DNA from: Candidatus Obscuribacterales bacterium
Lineage (GTDB): Bacteria; Cyanobacteriota; Vampirovibrionia; Obscuribacterales; Obscuribacteraceae
Length of the DNA stretch: 64,000 nt
NCBI GenBank assembly: GCA_965228855.1
Contig: CBDDIJ010000002.1
Coordinates: 1,056,001-1,120,000 of the forward strand
Direction of reading: 5' to 3'
Shown here: positions 49,818-60,700 of the stretch, piece by piece
Layout of the letters: the number at the start of each line of letters is the position of its first letter
Numbering within the stretch: the first letter of the stretch is position 1
The notes under the pieces: model-generated
What the model saw: the letters and a program-made list of their open reading frames with translations, nothing else
Database searches by the model: none
What the model was told of the DNA's origin: nothing
Program-made: the position numbers and the translations under genes

Positions 49818-52525
49818 GTTTGGATAGCTTGCTCATTTTTCTGTCGGTAGATGACGCGACGGTGAACCTCTTCAAGCATTCTAGCAACTGCGGCTTTTGC
49901 ATAGGGAAGTTCGTGCGCCGCAAAAAACGACTTGAGGTCTTCTTCCTCTTCAGGCTTGTCGAAAGCTGCGCAGGCGTATGCCAGGTTTGCCATGCTTCTA
50001 GGCGGAAACTTCTTTGTAATTTCAGTCCAGTGCTCTTTTACGAATGTCCAGGTTCTATGTTTTGTTCTGTGACCATCCAGCATTCCTGCAAGAACGCGAA
50101 ATCCATCTTGACTTCGGATGGCGTCGCTTAGCACCATATTTAGTGTCCGGTCTACGAGTTCCGGTTGAGCAAAGTGTGTTAATGAAGATAGAAAGCGCTT
50201 CTCAAGCTCCGGTATCTTTTCGGTTTTGAGCGCCGCAATGATCTCTTCGTATTCCTTCTCTCCACCGTTGTAGGTGGTGACCGTCAAGACAGCCGATGCT
50301 ACATCCGGTGAAACTGACTGCCTGTCTACCATATATTGTTTGTAGAGTTCGCGCGCTTCGGCTATGCTTTCTGCGTCCTGTCCGAAAGTGCCGAGCAGAT
50401 TTATAACTGAGCGTCGCAAATCCTTGATGCTGTCTTCTTCACCGGGAGTTTCTTTCCACCCGAGTTTGTCTTTTACGGGTCCGACGACCGAGCTCATCAG
50501 TTTTTCATAATCGTTGTGGTGTGCGGAATCCAGGTAGACATAAGGATGCCAGCAGAAGTCCATTATTTTCTCCTGGACTATCGGATTCTTTTCGTCTGTT
50601 AATTTGAAGAGAACCGAGAGTTTGTCTTGGACTGGAAGGTTGCCTTTCCAGGTCAGTGCGCTCATATCGCTGAGGAATGCGAGACGTTCCTCAGGTGACA
50701 AATAGTCGAAGTGCTTGAGAATTTCTTGTTGGGTTTCGGTCGGATATTGGGTTCTATAGAAGCCGCGCCCGCCAGCGTTTACAAGTGCCCTGGACCAATC
50801 TTTCGGGAGCGTTATGGGTTCGATTTTGCCGACCATTAGTTTGGTAAGAGTCTTACCGTTTTCTTTAAACGGTTTCAATTCCCGAACTACCAGTGGGACT
50901 TGCCATAGCGAATTGTCGGCTTCAACGCCAGGCATTCCAAAGAATCTTTTCTGTGTTAGATTTAGAGGGCTGCCACCGCCAGTGGTGTTTAATATCGGGA
51001 AGCCTGGTTGGAAAACCCATGACTTCATGAGTCCGGAAACCGGCAAAGAACTGGCTTTTCCGATCGATTCCCAGAGGTCTTCGCTGGTGGCATTGCCAAA
51101 CACATGCGCGCTCAGGTAATCGTGAATTCCTTGTTGAAACTTTTTCTCTCCGACGTAGCTTTCCAGCATCCACAGAATGGATTCGCCTTTGTCGTACGTG
51201 ATGGAGTCGAACATTTCCGCTGCTTGTTTTGGGTCGGAAACATCAGAATGAATCGCACGCGTTGCTTGAAGTTCGTCAACTAGCATGCTGCCATTGCGCG
51301 TCAGAATTGCTTTTGTAAGTTCCTGCCATTCCGGGTGAATGGCGTCGACCGTCTTTGTCCCCATCCATGATGCGAAGGCTTCATTTAGCCAGATGTCGTT
51401 CCACCAGCGCATCGTGACGAGGTCTCCGAACCACTGGTGCGCGATTTCGTGGGCGACGATCGCGAATACGGTTCTCTTCGCTGAATTGCTGCCGGTCTTC
51501 TCATCGACGAGCAGGTTTGCTTCACGAAATGTGATGGCGCCAAGGTTTTCCATTGCCCCTGATCTGAAGTCGGGGATTGCTATCAAATCCAATTTGTTGT
51601 GTGGATATGGAATGCCGAAATACTCGTGCTGGTATTTCAAAATGTCGCAGGCCGCATCGAGCGCGTATTTACCGAGATGCTCTTTGCCAGCCAGCGCCCA
51701 GACGGTCACAGGAATTCCGTCGACCTCTTTTGTTTCGCCCGGCTTGAAATTGCCTATGATCAGTGCCACCAGATATGATGACATCTTCGGCGATGGCTCG
51801 AACGTTATTGTTTCGCGAAGCTCGCCGGGAGCTGCCAGAGCGTCGGCATAACCTTTTACCGGCTTCGATGCCTTCCCGTTCGAAAGTGCGATGGAACCCT
51901 CATTTACGTGTGCTGTTATCTTGAATTTTGCCTTCATCTCAGGCTCGTCGAAGCATGGAAACATGCGTCTCGCGTCCGTTGGTTCCATCTGCGTAGTTGC
52001 CAACCACTTCTTTTCGCCCTTGTCGTCAAGATAATGAGAGCGGTAAAACCCTCGTAGCTTGTCGTTTAGCTCGCCTGTGAATTCGAGGTGGAGCCGGTAT
52101 AAGCTGTTTTTCTCAAGTGGGGTTTTAAAGGCTACGCGAACCTGTTCGTGTTCCGCATCCACGGTTACAGTGCCGTTCTCCGCTTCGACTTTGGCGGGAA
52201 GGCGCGGCGATTCGCCAACGGTTTTTATTCGTGTAAGTTTCGCGTCAGTAATCTTGAGGTCGATCGCGTTGAGGACGATGGTGTCGGTTTTTTCTTTAAT
52301 TGAAACATCAATGGCGGCTGTTCCAAGGAACGTGAAATCGCGCAAATTTGGCGTGAATTCGAGGTCGTAGAGTTCAGGGAGGACGTCTGTTGGAAGTCGG
52401 TATTTGGAAGACGCGCTTTTGGTGGCGGATTGCGCGGGCTTGCCTTCCGCGGGACTCGCCGCCGGCATTGCGAAGAAGCTGATTGCCAGGCAGCTTGCGA
52501 TGGCGACAACCGACTTGGGTTTCAT
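49772..52525 (-). CDS. pepN: M1 aminopeptidase N (ERAP1-like C-domain) with signal peptide
   Basis: TQMEPTDARRMFPCFDEP, GAMEN, HEIAHQWFG..WLNE, YDKG; GAGGAG RBS. Confidence 0.93.
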   Translation of the reverse strand: MKPKSVVAIASCLAISFFAMPAASPAEGKPAQSATKSASSKYRLPTDVLPELYDLEFTPNLRDFTFLGTAAIDVSIKEKTDTIVLNAIDLKITDAKLTRIKTVGESPRLPAKVEAENGTVTVDAEHEQVRVAFKTPLEKNSLYRLHLEFTGELNDKLRGFYRSHYLDDKGEKKWLATTQMEPTDARRMFPCFDEPEMKAKFKITAHVNEGSIALSNGKASKPVKGYADALAAPGELRETITFEPSPKMSSYLVALIIGNFKPGETKEVDGIPVTVWALAGKEHLGKYALDAACDILKYQHEYFGIPYPHNKLDLIAIPDFRSGAMENLGAITFREANLLVDEKTGSNSAKRTVFAIVAHEIAHQWFGDLVTMRWWNDIWLNEAFASWMGTKTVDAIHPEWQELTKAILTRNGSMLVDELQATRAIHSDVSDPKQAAEMFDSITYDKGESILWMLESYVGEKKFQQGIHDYLSAHVFGNATSEDLWESIGKASSLPVSGLMKSWVFQPGFPILNTTGGGSPLNLTQKRFFGMPGVEADNSLWQVPLVVRELKPFKENGKTLTKLMVGKIEPITLPKDWSRALVNAGGRGFYRTQYPTETQQEILKHFDYLSPEERLAFLSDMSALTWKGNLPVQDKLSVLFKLTDEKNPIVQEKIMDFCWHPYVYLDSAHHNDYEKLMSSVVGPVKDKLGWKETPGEEDSIKDLRRSVINLLGTFGQDAESIAEARELYKQYMVDRQSVSPDVASAVLTVTTYNGGEKEYEEIIAALKTEKIPELEKRFLSSLTHFAQPELVDRTLNMVLSDAIRSQDGFRVLAGMLDGHRTKHRTWTFVKEHWTEITKKFPPRSMANLAYACAAFDKPEEEEDLKSFFAAHELPYAKAAVARMLEEVHRRVIYRQKNEQAIQTWVTEQAAKATNTTN

Positions 52526-52661
52526 CTCAATCTCCTCTTGTGAAACGGTTTCTCAATTTACCAGGTTTGAGTAGAATCGTTATGGTAAATTTTGTGTATT
52601 GCAGTTGGCAAATGTCTCGGCAAGTCGCAAATCTGTTTTTACTACTTCGGGCACGAATTTC

Positions 52662-53507
52662 ATGGACGATAAAACCAAATCGGCTGACGGCGAGATCGGC
52701 GAAGGCGACTCCCCCGCGCATAGAGGGGCTGACGACTCGACGGCGGAGATCATCGGCGCGGATGGCGAGGATCAGATTGTCAGTGGAGATGGTCATGATG
52801 ACGGGCAGCGCGGAATCAAACGGCTAGGACCCAAGAAGGAAGACGAGGAACCGAAGAAGGAAACCTCGATGTTGGGAGAGGTTGTTCAAACGCTGGTTAT
52901 GGCGTTTGCGATCTTTCTGGTTGTGAAGGCGTTTATCGCGGAAGCGCGCTACATACCTTCGAGTTCGATGGAGCCGACGCTGAATATAAACGACAGAATT
53001 TTAGTGGAAAAACTCACGAGCCGCTTCTTCGGCAGGCAGGTAGAGCGTGGAGATATTATTGTGTTCTTCCCGCCAACGATTGAAACGGGCGTGCCGGACA
53101 ACCCAATGCTTCAGTCGGTGGGCGGTTTGCCGTTCCTTCCGGAGGGACCGCCTGTATTTGTGAAACGAGTGGTTGGTATTCCCGGTGATACCATCGAAGT
53201 GAAGAGCGGTCAGGGTGTTTTTATCAATGGAAAAAAACTCGACGAGCCTTACGTCAAAGAACTTCCGCAGTATGACTTGAAATTGATGAGTGACATCGGC
53301 GGCATGGCGTCGACGCAGCAGTTAATTCAACCTTATGCTGACAGCAATGCACCAATTGTGGTGCCTGAAGGGCAACTGTTCATGATGGGCGACAATCGCA
53401 ACCACAGCGCCGATAGTCATGTTTGGGGCTTTCTTGAGAAGTCTAGAATCGTGGGCCGGTCTTGTGCGGTTTTCTGGCAAGATAAGTGGTTGCATTTCGG
53501 CCAGTAA
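52662..53507 (+). CDS. lepB: Signal peptidase I
   Basis: IPSSSMEPTL, FVKRVVGIPGD, GDNRNHSADSH. Confidence 0.95.
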   Translation: MDDKTKSADGEIGEGDSPAHRGADDSTAEIIGADGEDQIVSGDGHDDGQRGIKRLGPKKEDEEPKKETSMLGEVVQTLVMAFAIFLVVKAFIAEARYIPSSSMEPTLNINDRILVEKLTSRFFGRQVERGDIIVFFPPTIETGVPDNPMLQSVGGLPFLPEGPPVFVKRVVGIPGDTIEVKSGQGVFINGKKLDEPYVKELPQYDLKLMSDIGGMASTQQLIQPYADSNAPIVVPEGQLFMMGDNRNHSADSHVWGFLEKSRIVGRSCAVFWQDKWLHFGQ

Positions 53508-53595
53508 GCTCTGTGTCTCTTCGAGACTATCTGCTTGACCGGCCGTGGGAACGTTACTGTTCTGGTCTCTGCTGTCCTGGGGGAACGCAGGGTCC

Positions 53596-54519
53596 TCAGT
53601 GGCTCTGAGACTTACTCTGCGCGAGTTGCTTTTCGAATTTGTGTTTGTCTGAAACTGCGATCGAACAGGTCGGATCAATGCGGAGCGCCTGATCGATGTC
53701 CTCTATCGCTTGTTGGTAGTTGCCTAGCTCCGCGTTTACCTGAGCGCGACTGTGGTAGAAGTCTTCGCGGTTGCCGTTGTTCGAGATGGCTTGTGTATAG
53801 TTTTGCTCTGCCTCTCTCCATTCCTTACGCTTCTGGTGCAGGTTTCCGAGTTCGAAGTAGGCTTGAGGGCAGCTAGACTGTTTGACCGCGGTTAGCAAAT
53901 CGGCTTTCTCGTTTTCCGCGTTGCCGCGGTCGCGCCAGTAGATTGCTCTTTCGTGATAGGCCAACTCTTTGCTGTTTGAACTCGAGGAGCTTGAAATTGC
54001 CTGGGTGTAGTTTTTCTCGGCATCCGCATAGTCTTTGCGAGCTTCCGAAACGGCTGCCAGACCGGCATAGCCGGTGACGAATTTTTCTTTATCGAGGGCT
54101 TTGTTGAAGTCGTCTCTCGCGCGAGCGTAGTCGCCTTTCTTGTAGTAGATCCAGCCTCGCTCCGCATAAACCTGGTGCGCAAGGCATGCATCGCCGCAGC
54201 AGGCGAAGTTAAAAAAGCCCGGAGTTTTATCGCTAATAGCAATCGCACGGTTGATGCTGTCCAGGGCTTCATCGAGTTTTCCGGTTCGCCTCAGGCAATA
54301 CGCCAGGTTCTTTAGGCACAGTGCGTCGTCTTTGTGAATCGGCTGTGTAAGCGCTTCTTTGTATGCCGTGATGGCCTGGTCGAACTTTTGATTGCGCCGG
54401 TAGTAGTCCGCTTGCGAGTTTTGGCCGTCGTAAATACTCCAGCCAACGCCCGCCGCGAGGGGAACGACAAACAGTCCCCCAATCAAAAGTATGCGCGCCA
54501 GACTCGTCCGTTTCTGCAT
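53596..54519 (-). CDS. Membrane-anchored TPR protein
   Basis: N-terminal TM segment followed by multiple canonical TPRs. Confidence 0.88.
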   Translation of the reverse strand: MQKRTSLARILLIGGLFVVPLAAGVGWSIYDGQNSQADYYRRNQKFDQAITAYKEALTQPIHKDDALCLKNLAYCLRRTGKLDEALDSINRAIAISDKTPGFFNFACCGDACLAHQVYAERGWIYYKKGDYARARDDFNKALDKEKFVTGYAGLAAVSEARKDYADAEKNYTQAISSSSSSNSKELAYHERAIYWRDRGNAENEKADLLTAVKQSSCPQAYFELGNLHQKRKEWREAEQNYTQAISNNGNREDFYHSRAQVNAELGNYQQAIEDIDQALRIDPTCSIAVSDKHKFEKQLAQSKSQSH

Positions 54520-54629
54520 CTCGCAATTATATCTGAACCCTTGTCTACTATCGAATACCGTGTAAGTCGCACCCGAAAAGCCGCTATGGCACTGGGTCTA
54601 CAGCGGCGCTACTCATAACGCCGACTTCC

Positions 54630-54683
54630 ATGTCTACGACAGAATGCCGAATTCGGAGAAAAGCGTCATTCTGTCGTAGACAA
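54630..54683 (-). repeat. 54-bp palindromic repeat, copy 6 (16-bp perfect arms)
   Basis: ATGTCTACGACAGAATGCCGAATTCGGAGAAAAGCGTCATTCTGTCGTAGACAA on the + strand. Confidence 0.88.
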
Positions 54684-54771
54684 AATTGACGGACCGCGTT
54701 CGCGCCTCCAAGTTTATTCCGCCCGTTAAACCGTTTTGCGAAATTGCTGGAGTGCATTACCCGGAGCCGGT

Positions 54772-57700
54772 TTAAAGCTCTGCCATGCAGGTCACCTGTG
54801 GTTTCGGGTGACGGCAGAACTGGCTGCCGCCGGACTGCAGGTGCATCAGCACAGCTGTTGTTTTCAGCAGTTGCTTTGCTGTTCGTCTGGCGTGTGGCTG
54901 ATTCGATTGCATGAGCTCGCGCAGCGGAAGTATTGCAGACATCGCTGAGGGAATCGAATATTGGCTACTGAAGGCTTTTAAACCGTTCTCGAGCGACTGC
55001 GACGAAACGTACCGGTGACTGATCGCATCAGCCGGGTTAATCTCTGCCAGGCTGCCAATCGAATCCTTTGCGATCACAGCGCTTTCGCCCGGCAATACTT
55101 TGATGCGCTTGCCGCCAGCGGTGACGCTCACGGAATTGCTGTTCTGATCGTGCAGATTGTAGACTGCAATGCCGTCGGAGAAGGCGAGCACAAGAGCGAT
55201 AGAGCCTGCACCGACCTTTACCGATCCGAATTGCGTTTCAATACATCTGTCCTTTTCCGGAGCGGCAAGAATGCTTCCCCTCTGTAGGTTGAAGCTAGAC
55301 GCGGATGTGAAGCCGGTTTCGAGGATTCCCGGGATAGCACCACTTTCGAGTTCCGTTTCGCTCTTCCAGCCTTTCTTGAATTTGGTACCAAATTCGGTGG
55401 CGGTGAGAATGGGCGACGACGAACCGGAGATTGTGTTTATCAAACCTATTTCGCCCAAGGAAAACGCGTGTGCGCCTGTCTGTCCGCCTGCAATCTCAAG
55501 GAGCATCTCGGCGTTTTGAATTTGAGAATCAAATGTGTTTGTTAAACCGACTGAAATTGCAGGTTGAATCTCAGGCAGAACCGAGAGAGAGTCATTCGAT
55601 GAAACACCCGCACTGGCTTGGCTTGCAAGCACCTGCCCGTAATTAGCACCTCGGCGCGCCACGGTATTTGTGGCGGACAGCGTCGGTGCCGGAGCGGGTG
55701 GGTCGGCCGTAATTGAGACAGCGTCGTTTACTATGATCGCGCCTGGACCTGCTTTGCCAGCACTGAAGATGACATTGCCATTGATTAGGTTTATTGTGCT
55801 CGAACCGTTAGTAGTTATGCCGTTATTGAAGAAGACCGTTCCTCCGGAACCGTTAATCGTTACGCCTGAAGGAGTTGTTCCTGTCACCAATGGTGGTGGC
55901 AAGGTTCCGATTACGAATTGCACAGTACCTCCGCCGATAGAAGTTGAAAAGCTTGCGACAGAAGACAGAAAGCCCAGAGTGATAGAGGAGCCTTTCCCCT
56001 TGCCCAGGTTGTTGAGCGTGATTTCGCCATCGGTGGAAGTTATGCTGGCAAATGAGTTTAGATTCATGGCGCCACCGCCAGTGATGATAGTCACTGACTT
56101 GCCCGTCACTCCGGCGATGTTGATTCCGGCTGATGCCGAGATGTTGACGTCTCCTCCGCCTGCTACAGTTCCCAATTCCAGCGTTGTTTTCTTTGCCAGG
56201 CTTGCGATGTTGATGGCGCCGGATGAGCCAGCAAAAGCATTCGCTATTAGGTTAGTCGTTTGAACTGCCAGGGGCACGGCGCTGCTACCCAACGCGCCTC
56301 CTAGACTACTATCAAAGTTGACGGAACTTGCCGGACTTTCAGTGGTCAGGATTTTCACCTTTGTAGATGCTTGAGTGATATCTCCTGCTACCGCCTGCAG
56401 AGCGATTGAATTGGTTGATTTTGTTGAGCCTATGCTGGTGTTTAAGACAATTGCACCACTCTTTATGGCGATGGTCAGAGCCGAACTCAGTTTTGCGTTG
56501 ACGGTCACAAGATCGTCTGAAGTCAAAGATACGTTGCCTTTAGAGGTGCTCTCCACAAAATTGAGAGGACCAGCTGCCGAATTATTCGCGCTCACGTCGC
56601 CTGCGGCGTTCAGCGAGAGGTTGATTGCAGCGGTCTTGATGGGGGTGGCGAGACTTCCGATAGTTCCGGCGTCTGCAAACAAAACAATCGTGCCTGCAGA
56701 TAGCCCGCTCGAGGCCGGATCGTTCTGTATGGAAGAGCCAGCTCCTTTGCCTGTGCTTATTTCAATTTTGCCGTCATTACTGGTAGTGACACTTCCGGCT
56801 GCACCGAGGTTGATGATACTGTCGACCCCGGTGCTTGTGAGTATGACATTGAAACCGCTGATAGCGTTGTTGATCTGAATTGCGCCGGTCGATTCGAAAA
56901 TAAACTCTCCGGCGGTAGAGCCGGAAGCGCCCAGAGTGACCGCGGCCGCAGTATTGGAGAGGTTTACGCTGTCGCCACCATTGGCGGTGATGGTTTGAGC
57001 GCTGACGCCGAGTGCCTTCTTGCCGCCAATCACTCCGGTTTGCGTCGAGAGATTGAGGGTATTCGCTGTAATCGATTTCTTGCTTGTAATATCACCGGTG
57101 CCTGTAACGGTCAAAGTGATCTGGCTGGTAGTCGCGTTGCCCAGTACGTTGCCGAGAGTTATACTTCCATTGTTCGCACTGAATGCGATACTATCGAAAC
57201 CGAGAAGATCTCTTGAGAGTGTCACACCGCCACCATTATTGGTGACAGTCAGGTCGCCGGCTGAGCTGCCATTGGCTATCACGGTACCAAGAATTGCGTT
57301 TGTGCCCTTCTTCGCGCCGAACTCAAAGGCAGTGGAACTGTTGGATTGAAGAACCACATTGCCACTTGCTCCGCTATTGCTGCCACCGCTCACGTCGAGA
57401 TCGCCTGTGATTAGAAGGGCTCCTGGTCCGCTCTCGCCGGCAACCAGCGTGACATTAGTGCCGCCGGCGTCAGCCGCGAACGGGCTGATATTCAGTGCGT
57501 TTGTAGCGACGGACAGGTTGCCGCCGGTTATGATACTGACGTTGCTTTGTGAGAGGATTTGGCTTCCGGCGCTGATTGAGAACTGTCCGTTAGCTGTTCC
57601 GATCGTCAACGGCGCCGTGCCCAGCTGATGCAGCGATAGGGAGCCGGCTCCGTCCCCCTGTCTCACACTTAAATTGACATTCTGTGTCGCGTCCGCGACC

Positions 57701-60700
57701 AGTTGTCCGGCTTCGATTGATATAACTCCGCCTGTTCCGAGGGCGGTAGTGCCGGCGTGAACGGCGCCGTTGCTGATGGTGACAATCTGGTTTGCTGCTG
57801 CTTTGAAGTTGATGTTTCCGCCGTTGGCTCCAAACGATCCGGTGGCGGAAAGCAGATAATCACTTCCTAGCGAAACGTTTGTTTGTCCGCCACGAAGTTC
57901 GAGTGTGATCGAACCGCCGGCGCCTCCGTCGATGCCGTCAGCATAGAGCGCTAGAGGAGCCAACCCCGTGATGGAAATGTCGCTTGCTTTGAGGGTCAGG
58001 GCACCGCCGTTGAAACCGGAAGTCCCTTGCACGCTCAACAAATTGGTGGGCAAGTGGATGTCTCCATTACCGGCGTCAAAGAAGAGAGTTCCGCCTCTGC
58101 CGTTGCCGGGCGCGTAAAGGATGTTGCTTAGCGAGTTGATGTTGATGTCTTGATTTGAGATGAGGTAGATTGTTCCACCGTTCGTTGTTCCGTTTGCCGA
58201 GATCGAGTTGACGGAGTTTGTGCCGGCGCTGCCGATGTTGAGCGTGGTGCTGCCGAGCGCAGTTATATAAGCTGTTCCGCCGCTGCCGGATGGAGAGGAG
58301 GCCGTTAGATTGTTGAGGTGGACGTTGTTGCCCGCGAGGACATAAATGCCGGCTCCGACGGCTTTGAGGTCGTTTGCTGATATATCGGCGGTATTCAACG
58401 TCGAGGTAGTGTTAAACGGATCGCCAGAGAAAATCTGGGCTACCTGTAGACTGATGTTTATGTTGCCTGATGGCGCTACATATGGTTGTGCTGTCTGCAG
58501 CTGCACTCCACCGGGACCGAGTGCAGGCAATGGGCTGGGATTCGAACCGGTAGAGTCGATATCTCCTACCGATATGGCGGTTCCTGAGGTTTTGCCGGCC
58601 ACAATTTTGACTGTTCCATCGAGGCCGCTGCCGTTTGTTCCTGAAAGGATCGGCACATTGGTAGGAACCCTGATGTCGCCGGAGTTGTCACTGCCTGCGA
58701 ACGCTGCGAGCGTGATACCGAATGTGGAACCAGTTGTAACTGGTGCGCTGCGAAGTTCCGTTATCGGATTTGTTTCAAAATCGATTTTCCCTCCGGTCGC
58801 GGATGCGCCGGTTATGCTTACGCTGTCGCCGTTTGTGGTGAATTCGGCTCCGGCAAAAATGGTCAATGCACCGCTCTGCAGAGTTGTTGCTGAAGTTTTA
58901 ATCGCCAATCCGGGAGCCGCGGATACAATGTCATGGCCGGAGAACATGCCGATGCCGCCTGGCGCTAGAACATCACCGTAAAGGGAAATTGTGTCGCCTG
59001 CGGCAAGACCAATACCGAGAGATGTGGCGGTTGACTGCAGAACGCCGAGAGCGTCTATTGTCGAATCCGTAGCAACTGAGATTCTGCCCGATGACATGAC
59101 ATCGCCGTTGATCACGATGTCCGCATTGCCAGGGTTCACAAAGCTTCCGACCAGGAAGTTGCCGGTCGTAATCGCGCCAGCCGAGTTGATGGTCATTACG
59201 GTGGACGAGTTTCCCAGAAATTCGGGATTTCCGTTGGAGATGAAGACGTTGCCGGCGCCGGTTCCGCCACTGTGACTGATACTACCGATGTTGATTCCAA
59301 TCCCTGAAGTTGCGCCGGCGGCGATTGAAACTAAACCATTTACGCCAGTGCCATTGCCGCTGGCGTCGATATTGCTTCCACTTGGAAGGAGTATGTTGCC
59401 TGTGCTTGCGTTGATGCCGTATGCCGCCAGGATTATGTTTCCTCCGGCATTGTTCCCTGCTGTGGAGTTGCTGTTGATTGCTAATGTTGCACCAGCACTG
59501 TTGAAATCGATGCTGCCGCCGGTGGCGCTAGCGCCTGTGAAGGAGATGCTGCCGGTCGTTGGTGTACCGGGAGGGAGTGAGGTCGTCTGTTCGGCCAGGT
59601 TGCCTGTGACGTTGGCGCCGGCGACGATAGTGATATCGTAACCCTTGCCTGCGCCATCCTGGGCTTGAATCAGGCTGACTCCTGAGGTCGCGACGATGCT
59701 TCCACTTGCTACGATGGCGAGTGCTTCTCCGACCGAGATGTCACCGGTCAAAGTGATGTTGCCTGCAGCGTTGAAGTAGGTGGGATCACCGGTCAAGCAT
59801 TGCTGGCCTATGATGAGATTATCCGTATTGGCATTGACATGAACAGCGGTGCCCGATGAAACAACTTCGCCGGTAAGTTTTTCTACATTGACATCGGCCA
59901 AGCCATTTCCGGCATTGATCAACAATCTGCGCGAAAGGAGATCGCCACCACTGATGGTGGTATTGGCTGAACCGGTGTAGGCTGCGGATCTGAGGGCTAT
60001 GTCTCCGTTGGATGCGGAGAGCACGCCTCCGTTGTTTTCGACATGAAGGGGCTGTGAGTTAAATGAGTCTAGAACGATGTTTCCGGACTGCGATGAGATT
60101 GTTCCGCTGTTGGATATGTTTTTAGATTCAAGTGATATGTCGTGCACAGCCGAGATGTTTCCGCCGTGATTGCTTAGATTGCCACCGGATTTGATGGCAA
60201 GACTGCCGGAGCTGCTAATCGTGCCCGCGTTGTCGAAATCAGCCAAAGTGGACATGGTGAGGTCAACTGTCGATGCTCTGGAGCGGTCGATAGTTGTTAT
60301 CGTTCCGGTTGCCTGGTTGTCGATGCTCTGGGCGGATATGACTGCCTGTCCGCTGTTGCCGCGAACGGTTTGGCTCACAGTTCCGTAGTTGATGAGGTTG
60401 CCAGAAATGTCTATTTGCGAGCGGCTGTTGACTCTATCAACTGATTGAACAGCTTCCGGGATGACCACGTTGTGGATTGAATTTGCCTGTCGGCCGCTTG
60501 TTAGGTTTGAAAGCGAGAATGTGCCACCTGTAGCCTTACCGCTTTGGTCAACTGTGAGCGTCTGTCCTCTGCCCGTTTGTGCCTGTTGGAATGAAACAAA
60601 CTCTGCAGCGGAAACGCTGTCACCCTGTTGGATGGTCTTTATTGAGTCTCCCACCTGAATGGTGACGGACGGACCGCGCCTGAACATATCTTGCTGGATC

